Origin: Bacillota bacterium | GTDB taxonomy: Bacteria > Bacillota_I > Bacilli_A > RFN20 > CAG-826 | Length of the DNA: 64,000 nt | Assembly: GCA_030834445.1 (NCBI GenBank) | Contig: JAURFC010000001.1 | Span: 22,544-86,543, forward strand | Direction of reading: 5' to 3' | Part shown: positions 1 to 8,300 of the stretch, in pieces | How the letters are laid out: each line of letters begins with the position of its first letter | Position numbering within the stretch: position 1 is the stretch's first letter | The notes under the pieces: generated by a model | What the model saw: the letters and a program-made list of their open reading frames with translations, nothing else | What the model was told of the DNA's origin: nothing | Databases searched by the model: none | Made by a program: the position numbers and the translations under genes

Positions 1-271
1 GAACGGGATGGTCCATTAAATAAATCATTAAAAAGGGATCTAAATACGAATGATGATTACTTACAATGAGAAAGGGTTCATTGGTGTGAAGCATTTCCTC
101 ATGGTGGAGGTGAAAATCAATTTTCAGCGCGGGGAAAATAAATTTTACCGCTTTTCGTAATTGACGATAACGGAAGTCAAGGGAATGTGATTTTCTTCGT
201 AAGACGTTCGGCAAGACGATAGGGAAATAACAAAGACTTGCGAGAAAAACGAGTTTAATAAAGGTCCACAT
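1..271 (-). CDS. PlsC-family 1-acyl-sn-glycerol-3-phosphate acyltransferase, N-terminal part (gene continues past the left edge)
   Basis: My own minus-strand translation from ATG at 271 gives MWTFIKLVFLASLCYFPIVLPNVLRR...EPFLIVSNHHSYLDPF. This contains the HX4D acyltransferase motif and is clearly paralogous to the PlsC at 50300-51067. It is not in the ORF track because it has no in-window stop. Confidence 0.6.
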   Translation of the reverse strand, partial: MWTFIKLVFLASLCYFPIVLPNVLRRKSHSLDFRYRQLRKAVKFIFPALKIDFHLHHEEMLHTNEPFLIVSNHHSYLDPFLMIYLMDHPV

Positions 272-303
272 ACTTAGAGTTTACCTTGTTTCGAAACGAT
301 TTG

Positions 304-1239
304 TTACTCCTCTTTTATTGAAGGAAGACTATCATCGGTATTCAACGTTGATGCGCGATGAGAAGCTGAATCCATGACCCGTCGATATTCTGTTTGTAAT
401 TGATGATGGGAAACGTGTAAATACTTTTGCGTAATGCGCAAATTATGGTGACCTAGAAGCAAACGTAAGACTTCAAGATTGCCCCCTTGTGTTAAAAATC
501 GCGTAGCAAACGTATGTCGCCACTTATGAGGACTAATACTACCTTGAATATCTAAGGTTTTCATAAGTCGTTGGGTGATCGTTTCAATCGATGAAACACA
601 CAAACGTTGATGAGTTTGATAATCAATAAAGATGTATCCTTGCTTTGAGGTCACCCTTTGCTGCAATGTGAAGAAGAGTTGTAGGGTCGCAGGGGTAAAG
701 AAAAGATATCGTTGGTGGTGGTCTTTACTAAGCATCACTGTTAACGAACGTTGGAGAAGGTTCACATCATCCCATTGCACATGAAGAAGTTCGTTAATAC
801 GTAACCCTGTATCCAAAAGCAAGGCATATAGTAAAAAGTTTCTCACCATCCGAGGATTATTGAGATGTTGTCGGTAGTAAGTAAAAATCTTGGAAATCGT
901 TTGTGAGTCAACTAGTGGAATGTGAGCGATGTCTTCTTTCAGTTTTCGATAACGAAAAGGGTAAGGCATATGAAAGCGAAAACATGCTTTAAAAACGGTA
1001 ATAAATTTATTGACTGTGGCAGCCTTCATAAAAGGATGAACTTGTTTTAAATCATAAATAAAGTGCGTCATCGTAATCGGTTTTATATCATGCAAGGCTA
1101 GAGTTCCTAGTTTAGGAAGCATGCGAGATAAATAATACGCATAAAAACGATACGTTCCTTCACGCTTGGTGAGTTTGGTGTCCATGAGGAAAAGATGGAC
1201 AGCTTCTGAAAAGGTGGGGAAATCCTTCATACTTATCAA
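304..1239 (-). CDS. site-specific tyrosine recombinase, XerC/XerD family
   Basis: 311 aa. The C-terminal catalytic region reads HKWRHTFATRFLTQGGNLEVLRLLLGHHNLRITQKYLHV, which matches the R..H..GH...T..Y signature of Xer/phage integrases. The track start at 1239 is a TTG; ATG at 1230 (MKDFPTF) is the more likely start, with a gagagga RBS upstream. Confidence 0.85.
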   Translation of the reverse strand: MISMKDFPTFSEAVHLFLMDTKLTKREGTYRFYAYYLSRMLPKLGTLALHDIKPITMTHFIYDLKQVHPFMKAATVNKFITVFKACFRFHMPYPFRYRKLKEDIAHIPLVDSQTISKIFTYYRQHLNNPRMVRNFLLYALLLDTGLRINELLHVQWDDVNLLQRSLTVMLSKDHHQRYLFFTPATLQLFFTLQQRVTSKQGYIFIDYQTHQRLCVSSIETITQRLMKTLDIQGSISPHKWRHTFATRFLTQGGNLEVLRLLLGHHNLRITQKYLHVSHHQLQTEYRRVMDSASHRASTLNTDDSLPSIKEE

Positions 1240-1315
1240 TAGGTCCTCTCATTTAATAAATAATCCTTGAAATAACTTCAGTTTCACGTATAGTGAATGC
1301 GTTAAGGAGTTCACA

Positions 1316-3598
1316 ATGAACCAAAAAACAATCGTCTCCACTGGGGTGCTTTTTTTACTCGTTTTACAAGCGTGCGGAGGTTCCACAAGTAGTTCAAGCG
1401 CTTCGTCTTCCTCATCCATTGCCAGTAGTTCACTGTCGGTAGAGGATTATGCTAAACGCGATGTATTAAGTGTTTCCAAAACCCGCTTAGCGTCGATCGA
1501 TTTCAATGTGAATTTAGATGCACTGGTTAGTGCAGATGCACCTTTAAGTCGTCTTTCCTCCCGTTTTGTTCAAACACAATCCGTTGGCGACGTCGAGGTG
1601 AATGATTCTTCGGTGACGTATCTTTCCTTGCCTGATTCTTCCAATATTGGGTTAGAATTTCGTAATTTAAATCAAAATATTGCCAGTGCTGCCTTTGCGG
1701 CACAACAAGAAGTCGAATGGGCGATTACGACCTTATCCCGTTTGGATACGTGGGTCGTTTCTGGATCGACACGTTATTTACTCACCTATGATGCCATTGC
1801 CGATGTAGTGACGTTAACGTCAGCCAATGTAAGTTTTACATCGTTAGAAGATGATTATATGGTGCGATCAATTCAAACCTACTTTCAAGATGGCTTACAA
1901 GTCGTCGAAGTGTATGATGCGTACGCGGAAAACAACTATGCTTCCTTTGGCCATTTAACCTTCATTCAAGATGAATATTATGAATGGTCCAGTGATATTT
2001 GGGTCAATGGTGTTAAAGAAGCCAATCCTTCCGCTGGTGGAAGTGGATGGTTTAAAGCGATCAAAAATCCCACGACCGAACGATGGAGTTACTGGCGAAG
2101 TACGGATGCAAATGTTAGTTTTAATGTTCAAACCTCTACGGGTTGGTTACAAACATTTGTTCGAATTTCCCAATTTGATCTTGAACCGAACGTCCTTGCC
2201 ACCTTTAACTATGTGAAAGTGGGCAACCCTTCCTTAACCAATGATGTCATGACATGGTTGTTGAATGCTGATTCGACGCTTCCATTTTCGTTTTATCCTC
2301 AAGCGTTCTCAGGATGGGATTCCATCGTTGCTTCGCTAGATGATGTCACGCTTCGTAATTTGCAAGACTGGACACCGGATAATCAAGATTACGTGTTGTA
2401 TGAGGCTAGCGAGGCGGTTGTTAATTTCTCTAATAACGTTGCGGAATTGCCTTCTCCGTTAACGACCACTGTCCGTCCTTCTAATATTGATACCTTTGAA
2501 GGCGAAGGATATGTCGGCTATGTCGCTGAAAGTTCCACGATCCTTCCAGTCAATTATTTAGATGCTTTACCACTCTTACTTGAATTTTTCGACACGTTAG
2601 GGTTGACGTATAAGGATGGTCCATTAGACACGTTAATTATGGAAACCGTTGAAACGGTGCTTAATTTTCCTCGTCTCTTTGATCAATTTGAATTAGGGGG
2701 AGAAAAAGGATTGACCGACCTTAGCAAATTATGGGATGTTATTGATGAAGAAATGACGTTAATAGCTTCCTTACCTTCCTTCGTCTTAGACCAAGATACC
2801 TTATATCCTCAACTCAATCTTTCGGATTTACCACCTTCCCTTGATAACGCCCTCCTTACGTTACCTACGTTGAATGGAGCAGCAACGTTTGACAACGAAA
2901 CCCAAACGATTACAACCGCTTCGGTTTCGACAACTTTACCTGCTTCTTCGCTTTTGTTAGTAGGAGCATCCTACACCATGATGTATGCCTTAACTAAGGG
3001 TCAACAATTGTTCGTCATTGGAGAAGAGGAAGCGGTTGAATACAGTAATTCCTCCCTTACCTTTGTGGGCGATACGACGTTAACGTTACCCGTATGGGTC
3101 GAAGCAGGTGACTATTCGCTTGTCACCTATGTTGCAAAGGTTGACGATCAATCCCGTATTCGCTTATCGAATGTGGAACTTGTTCCGTTTACAGCGTTTA
3201 CGCCATTGTCTTTCACTGTCGCATTAGAAAATGGATTTACTTTATCGCTCACAACGAGTGCAACCGCATCCTTTGTCGCAACGTATGTGTATGAAGATAC
3301 GTCTGCTCCGATTATTTATGGTGTCCTTAATGAAGAACCGTTTTCATTCCAAGGTCGCTCGTTAGATAACGTCCTCTCCGTTTCCTTGGTAGAGGAAGTC
3401 ACCGTGTATGATTTCATCCAATTCTTAAACTTCGAAGATAATTCCTATGAAACGATTTTATTTGCTTTAGACCAATTAACGTTTAATGGAACGATCGTTG
3501 AATCTTTCTCCGAAGCGTTACAAGTTGGAACCTATGAAGTGCTCATTCAAGATGCATCAGGTAACTTAACAAACCTTATTCTCACTGTTACCGCGTAA
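1316..3598 (+). CDS. large secreted lipoprotein of unknown function (760 aa)
   Basis: AAGGAG RBS 7 nt upstream. Signal peptide with lipobox LLVLQAC followed by a Ser-rich linker (STSSSSASSSSSIASSS). Long clean ORF, terminated by an intrinsic terminator. Confidence 0.75.
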   Translation: MNQKTIVSTGVLFLLVLQACGGSTSSSSASSSSSIASSSLSVEDYAKRDVLSVSKTRLASIDFNVNLDALVSADAPLSRLSSRFVQTQSVGDVEVNDSSVTYLSLPDSSNIGLEFRNLNQNIASAAFAAQQEVEWAITTLSRLDTWVVSGSTRYLLTYDAIADVVTLTSANVSFTSLEDDYMVRSIQTYFQDGLQVVEVYDAYAENNYASFGHLTFIQDEYYEWSSDIWVNGVKEANPSAGGSGWFKAIKNPTTERWSYWRSTDANVSFNVQTSTGWLQTFVRISQFDLEPNVLATFNYVKVGNPSLTNDVMTWLLNADSTLPFSFYPQAFSGWDSIVASLDDVTLRNLQDWTPDNQDYVLYEASEAVVNFSNNVAELPSPLTTTVRPSNIDTFEGEGYVGYVAESSTILPVNYLDALPLLLEFFDTLGLTYKDGPLDTLIMETVETVLNFPRLFDQFELGGEKGLTDLSKLWDVIDEEMTLIASLPSFVLDQDTLYPQLNLSDLPPSLDNALLTLPTLNGAATFDNETQTITTASVSTTLPASSLLLVGASYTMMYALTKGQQLFVIGEEEAVEYSNSSLTFVGDTTLTLPVWVEAGDYSLVTYVAKVDDQSRIRLSNVELVPFTAFTPLSFTVALENGFTLSLTTSATASFVATYVYEDTSAPIIYGVLNEEPFSFQGRSLDNVLSVSLVEEVTVYDFIQFLNFEDNSYETILFALDQLTFNGTIVESFSEALQVGTYEVLIQDASGNLTNLILTVTA

Positions 3599-3620
3599 CC
3601 GTTCTTCATTTTAGACAGGA

Positions 3621-3648
3621 AAAGCACGAATCATATCGTGCTTTTTTT
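3621..3648 (+). terminator. rho-independent terminator after the 760-aa lipoprotein gene
   Basis: aagcacga-atcatat-cgtgctt hairpin followed by a T7 run. Confidence 0.65.
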
Positions 3649-3661
3649 ATGCAACATTCCA

Positions 3662-4795
3662 ATGGTTGAACTCATCGTCTTTGACGCTTACAATATCGTT
3701 ATGACGCATCCATTTGTTTTATTATCCATACTTGCTAGTTTGCCGTTTCAAACCTCTTCGGGATTTCACGTCTCCATTGGGTTAAATGAAGTGCTTGATC
3801 CATTTATTTTTGGAGAGCCTACTGATGCGTTACTCGCCCAGTTACAAACTGTGGATACATCCGTTTTAGGATCAACTTTCCTAACAATTGATGATGAAGG
3901 TGAAACACAATGGACGATTGCTGTACGAAATGAAGTCACCCTTGTCACCCCACGATTAGGCAATCATCTTTTAATTTCATATGTAGAAGTTGAAGATGGA
4001 CATGTTAAATCGATTGACCTTTTTAATCCGACGATTCGAACCGTGTCCTTACCGTCGTATACCTTGGATGTGAATACAACGAATCTTCGCTTTTCATCCA
4101 CTTTAACCATCGCCCCCTTACAACCATTGAAGCTTCACTTTGTAGAGGGTGAAAACGCAATGGAAATCAGTGCCGAAACATTATGGAATGAAACGATCAC
4201 ATCGATAAGTTTCTATCAAGATCAAGACGTGATTGACAGACTTGACCTCAACACAATAGACATGTCTAGATATGGAGCGATCGATTCATCATCTTTTCAT
4301 TTATATCGTGATTCCAAATCACTGGATGCTTATGTAACTTATGATCCTCTTACATGGATGCATCGTCCTTTAGCAGAAGAAAAACACACGTTTGAACTCG
4401 CCCAGCCGACGATTACACCGCTAGAGCAAGCGAAGCGTTGGGCAGAATTTGTCATGTATGGCGATGGGATGTTTGCCGCCGGTCGAGTCGAAGAAGCATT
4501 TCGTTCGATTGAACAGGAATACGTGGGGATGCATCCGACAAGTCAGCAACTTATTTTTGATCAACCGAATACGAAAATTACCGGTATCAATGAATCCTCC
4601 CAACAAGATACGTCAACGTTTCGTGAAGCGGTAGGACGTTATAACTATTTAGCCGCACGTGTGGAAAACGCCCAAGGGTTACAATCTCCGGTTGCACCCA
4701 CATGGGATGTCACAGGCATCGTAATTCCGAGCGTGGGCGTCGGTAGTTTGATTTTACTGTTTTTATTTTTGAAGCAACGACAAAGGGTTTACTAA
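3662..4795 (+). CDS. hypothetical secreted protein with a C-terminal transmembrane anchor and positively charged tail
   Basis: The track ORF begins with GTG at 3638, inside the upstream terminator hairpin. The first ATG is at 3662, and ATG 3701 gives a signal-peptide-like MTHPFVLLSILASLPF. The C-terminus is VGVGSLILLFLFLKQRQRVY. No clear RBS is visible. Confidence 0.55.
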   Translation: MVELIVFDAYNIVMTHPFVLLSILASLPFQTSSGFHVSIGLNEVLDPFIFGEPTDALLAQLQTVDTSVLGSTFLTIDDEGETQWTIAVRNEVTLVTPRLGNHLLISYVEVEDGHVKSIDLFNPTIRTVSLPSYTLDVNTTNLRFSSTLTIAPLQPLKLHFVEGENAMEISAETLWNETITSISFYQDQDVIDRLDLNTIDMSRYGAIDSSSFHLYRDSKSLDAYVTYDPLTWMHRPLAEEKHTFELAQPTITPLEQAKRWAEFVMYGDGMFAAGRVEEAFRSIEQEYVGMHPTSQQLIFDQPNTKITGINESSQQDTSTFREAVGRYNYLAARVENAQGLQSPVAPTWDVTGIVIPSVGVGSLILLFLFLKQRQRVY

Positions 4796-6157
4796 CCACG
4801 TCGGTAGTTTTAATCCGACGATTGGTTCATAAACCACCGCCTCAAAAGCTTGGACTCCTTGATCAGCAAGCACATTGAACGCTTGAATGGTCGCGGTCGT
4901 ATTGGAGACGGCGGCTTTTGTTAATAAAATCGCTGCGTTCGTATACGGTAAGACACTCAATGCGGATTGATCGGGTAATAAAGCAGGTGAAGAAAAGACA
5001 ATTTGACCATAGGTCTTTTTGCTTGCTTCAATGAATTGTTTCATCGCTTCTGAACGTAAATGTGGAGCAGGAACGGCTTTGGGTAGACCCAACACCACAT
5101 CGAGGTTCGGGGAAAGGGATACGACCGAAAAGTCATCCTTGGCCTTTTTCTTATCGGTAAGTAATTGTAAGGAGGTGAGAAGTTTCGTTAACGGCGTAGC
5201 CTTTAAATCAGCTTCAATGAGTAAGGTTTTAACCCCGCGTAACGCGGATTGTTGGGCAAAGACATAGGAAAATAACGGTAATTCGGTTAAGGGTTTGGCA
5301 CTACTGACAAACGTCATTAAAGGATCGGAGGGATTAGGACGGATACTTTCAAGATTATTTTGTAAATTTTGTAAGGATTCTTGGAGGGTGGTGGATTTTT
5401 CAATGACGTCTTTTTGATCGCGTTGACGTTGATCCAAAGCGGCAAATCGAGCTTTCAATAAACTCAGATTGAGGGGGCGTAAGACCAAGACTTTCAATAA
5501 CCGACTGGAAACTCCCAGTTCTTTTAAATCCGTGGCAGAGAAAATCGTCCCTTTAAAGGCATCCCATAAGACACCAACAGCGCCTCCGACCATTAAACCA
5601 AGCAAGGCACCAATCGCTAGATACAGTAAGGAACTTGGGCCATCAAAGGTGGTCGCTGATGCATATTCGCCTAAAACTAGGTTATTGGCAATCACCGTGT
5701 AATTGGTGTTGCCATCGAAAATGGTGGCATCAATCACCGCATTGATAATCGGAACCACAATTGCTTCTTCAGGATGGGTAAAGGTAATCGTGATACGTAA
5801 GGAGTTCGTTGTAGTGCTCGCCGTCAGGGTCGAACGAATGAGGGTGGGTGTAATCGCATCTCCATTGTCTAAGGTAATAAGTTCCGCTTCTAAAGCGCTG
5901 GCTGCAAGTTCAGCGACGGCAGAAGAACGAACAATTTCAGTGACGGTATTTAAGATCGTGGCGTTCGTACTGACCTTATACGCAACGGAACCCGAACTTT
6001 GATAGGTGCCTTGGTCCATGAGGTCCGATTGGGTATAGCCATAGGCTAAGCCTAAACCGAACACAAACGTAATCCCAATCAACCATAAATTACGAAAAAA
6101 TAAACGGAATAACCGCGATAAACTTATTCCCGTTTCCATTAAATCAATTTTTTTCAT
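4763..6157 (-). CDS. polysaccharide co-polymerase (Wzz/CapA-like) fused to a degenerate BY-kinase-like domain (Walker A lost)
   Basis: aagggga RBS. The N-terminus matches the Wzz signature (MKKIDLMETGISLSRLFRLFFRNLWLIGITFVFGLGLAYGY), and a second TM helix reads LLYLAIGALLGLMVGGAVGVLW. The C-terminal domain aligns to CapB/Wzc: FVSSAKPLTE sits where the ITSSxPGEGKS P-loop should be, followed by a well-preserved Walker A'-like KTLLIEADLKATP. Confidence 0.7.
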   Translation of the reverse strand: MKKIDLMETGISLSRLFRLFFRNLWLIGITFVFGLGLAYGYTQSDLMDQGTYQSSGSVAYKVSTNATILNTVTEIVRSSAVAELAASALEAELITLDNGDAITPTLIRSTLTASTTTNSLRITITFTHPEEAIVVPIINAVIDATIFDGNTNYTVIANNLVLGEYASATTFDGPSSLLYLAIGALLGLMVGGAVGVLWDAFKGTIFSATDLKELGVSSRLLKVLVLRPLNLSLLKARFAALDQRQRDQKDVIEKSTTLQESLQNLQNNLESIRPNPSDPLMTFVSSAKPLTELPLFSYVFAQQSALRGVKTLLIEADLKATPLTKLLTSLQLLTDKKKAKDDFSVVSLSPNLDVVLGLPKAVPAPHLRSEAMKQFIEASKKTYGQIVFSSPALLPDQSALSVLPYTNAAILLTKAAVSNTTATIQAFNVLADQGVQAFEAVVYEPIVGLKLPTWLVNPLSLLQK

Positions 6158-6488
6158 AGATTCCCCTTATAAAGATATAAATATATCACTAACATAGTAT
6201 TAAATTTTTTGATGACTCGCAAGAAAAGGTGCGTGGATTCGGTCAAAAAGGAAGCCCTAAATGTGATACACTATCGCTATGCGTTCTTCCCGGTCTCGTC
6301 GCTCTTCCTTCTCCCGTTCCCGAACGTCCCTGGCCTCCCGTCGACGTTCGTCTTTTTCCCGTTCTTCCTCACGCTTGTATGCGTCCCATCGTACGTCGAG
6401 TAGCTTTCGCGGAAATGCGAGTCCGCTCCATCCTCTCAGTAAAATAACCTTAGGATTGTTACTTGCTTCCGTTTTCTTTAATTTCGTA

Positions 6489-6947
6489 ATGACCATTGTG
6501 GCCCCTTTTGCCCTCTTTGAATGGGGTTTATGGATCTTTTTCTTACCGCTTATTTTTGCCGGTTTATTGATGGTCGTCACGGTCGTGACAACCATCACGT
6601 CCCATGGTTCGGGTCGCGTTTTGACGGTTCCTGCCTTGTTTGAGCAATCCGGTCGACCGTTAACTCCATTACCACTGCCGCCCTCTCCAGGTCGTTATTT
6701 TGAATGGCTTGAAAAAGATGAACGTTTTCTTCTCGTCCTGCTTCCCAAGAAAGCAAAATATGATTCTCGCCTTTTACAAACCATTCTTGAACCGTTAAAG
6801 CAACAGTCCTATCGTGAACTTTGGATCGTCCAAGAACCGGCTACCTTTATGGAATCGGATTATGATTATGCGCGCATTTATAATGTGGTACTCCTCAACA
6901 TGATACAACTCCACGAAAAATTAACCCCCACATTCACCTTGGATTAA
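6489..6947 (+). CDS. YdbS-like membrane protein (2 TM helices plus a putative bacterial PH domain)
   Basis: The same frame is open back to 6279 through a low-complexity Arg/Ser-rich stretch encoded by a polypyrimidine tract. I placed the start at Met71 (6489), which sits directly ahead of two TM helices. That upstream extension is doubtful. Confidence 0.45.
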   Translation: MTIVAPFALFEWGLWIFFLPLIFAGLLMVVTVVTTITSHGSGRVLTVPALFEQSGRPLTPLPLPPSPGRYFEWLEKDERFLLVLLPKKAKYDSRLLQTILEPLKQQSYRELWIVQEPATFMESDYDYARIYNVVLLNMIQLHEKLTPTFTLD

Positions 6948-6951
6948 TCCC

Positions 6952-7884
6952 ATGAAAAAAACATCCTTTGCCATCGGCGATTTTATTTTACTTGCGGCGT
7001 CCCTCATTTGGGGAACCGCTTTTTTATTTCAATCCGTCGCCATGGATACGATGGGTCCTTATACCTTTGTGACGGTTCGGGGATTATTAGCCACCGGCGT
7101 CCTTTTCCTCATTCTTGTCATTCGGGCACGCGTCATGCCGCAAAAACGACTTGTCCACTTAGGTACACCGAAAGGGTATCGCCTTGCCGTGCTCGGGGGC
7201 GTTATTCTTGCCTTTGCCATGGTGACACAGCAAGTCGGTATTGTTGGTACCACAACAAGTAAAGCAGGTTTTATTACCACACTTTATATTATGTTTGTGC
7301 CACTTATTGGTATGTTCTTTCGCCAACGTTATCCTTTAAAAACATGGATCGCATTAGGATTGGGTCTTGTTGGGTTTTATCTTTTATCCACGGAAGGAAC
7401 ATGGCAAGCTCTCAATGGGTATGATGCACTTATTTTACTCACGGCATTTTTCTATGGCGCACAAATTTATTTAATTGATCAACTTAAAGATTCCCTGGAT
7501 TCATTAATGTTTTCCTTCATTCAATTCGGGGTTGCCACGGTTTTAAGCATCCTTCCAACGCTCATCATCGAAGGCATCAATATGACGTTTATGACGTCAA
7601 CGAATGCCATTATTGCTTTATTGTATGTGGGAATTGTTTCCAGTGTGATTGCCTATTCCCTGCAAGTGGTGGGACAAAAACGAAGCAGTAGTGCCCCCAC
7701 TGCGTCCTTGATGATGAGTTTAGAAGGGGTTTTTGCCAGTTTATCCGGGGTGATCTTCCTTTCCGAAGTCATTTCGCTCATGCAATTGCTGGGGATGCTT
7801 TTAATTCTCAGTGGCATTGTCATGGCCCAACTTCGCTTTTCTTTTCTCAAAAAAGTGCTACTCAAGTTTAAAAAGATGCGTTAG
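6952..7884 (+). CDS. EamA/DMT-family transporter (10-TM)
   Basis: 310 aa with two EamA-like halves, hydrophobic throughout. Confidence 0.8.
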   Translation: MKKTSFAIGDFILLAASLIWGTAFLFQSVAMDTMGPYTFVTVRGLLATGVLFLILVIRARVMPQKRLVHLGTPKGYRLAVLGGVILAFAMVTQQVGIVGTTTSKAGFITTLYIMFVPLIGMFFRQRYPLKTWIALGLGLVGFYLLSTEGTWQALNGYDALILLTAFFYGAQIYLIDQLKDSLDSLMFSFIQFGVATVLSILPTLIIEGINMTFMTSTNAIIALLYVGIVSSVIAYSLQVVGQKRSSSAPTASLMMSLEGVFASLSGVIFLSEVISLMQLLGMLLILSGIVMAQLRFSFLKKVLLKFKKMR

Positions 7885-7896
7885 AATGAAGATGTT

Positions 7897-8298
7897 ATGA
7901 ATGTTAATCTCCATATTGTCACCTTATTTGTCCGCGATTATGATGAAGCTATCCATTACTATACCCAAACCTTAGGGATGGTTTTGATTGAAGATATTTT
8001 AATCACAACCTCACGTCGCTGGGTTAAAGTGGCACCGGATTTACAATCCCCCGTCCATATCCTTCTTCATGTCCCCTTAGTGGAGGAAGACCGTGCGTTT
8101 ATTGGTCATCAAGCAGGTACCCGTCCGCTTATCGTCCTGAATACGTTTGAACTAGAAAAATCCGTGGAAACCTTACGTGCAAAAGGCGTTCACTTTACCA
8201 AACCAATTACCCAAGAAGTCTACGGTCGACGGGCACAATTTAACGATTTATACGGCAATCTCTGGGAGATTGTCCAATACACTGTCTTTCAAAAATAG
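7897..8298 (+). CDS. VOC/glyoxalase-bleomycin-resistance family protein
   Basis: 133 aa with a VOC fold pattern (HIVTLFVRDYDEAIHYYTQTLGM...GNLWEIVQ). Confidence 0.65.
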   Translation: MNVNLHIVTLFVRDYDEAIHYYTQTLGMVLIEDILITTSRRWVKVAPDLQSPVHILLHVPLVEEDRAFIGHQAGTRPLIVLNTFELEKSVETLRAKGVHFTKPITQEVYGRRAQFNDLYGNLWEIVQYTVFQK

Positions 8299-8300
8299 GC

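Noticed and set aside
1971-2216. Numerous 60-110-aa ORFs embedded in or antisense to large genes, for example 1971-2216, 3766-3963, 5019-6002, 17430-18374, 21417-21659, 28099-28550, 33150-34317, 35338-35892, 42701-43312 and 46682-46993
   Set aside because: They lie entirely within well-supported long CDSs in other frames or on the other strand, and have no RBS or distinctive composition. I treat them as frame shadows.
3638-3661. GTG start at 3638 given by the ORF track for the 385-aa protein
   Set aside because: It lies inside the stem of the upstream intrinsic terminator hairpin. I moved the start to the first downstream ATG (3662), but the true start remains uncertain because no clear RBS is visible.
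304-6160. Prophage or integrative element anchored by the tyrosine recombinase
   Set aside because: I found no phage structural, replication or excisionase genes, no flanking direct repeats, and the recombinase has Xer-like size and motifs. I kept it only as a phase-variation or island hypothesis in the findings.
6257-6598. 113-aa minus-strand ORF ending in a Glu/Arg-rich low-complexity tail (…REEEREKDERRREARDVREREKEERRDREER…)
   Set aside because: Its N-terminal half is the antisense of the TM helices of the plus-strand YdbS-like gene, and its tail is simply the purine-rich complement of the polypyrimidine tract. It is most likely a shadow ORF, though the tract itself is reported as a finding.
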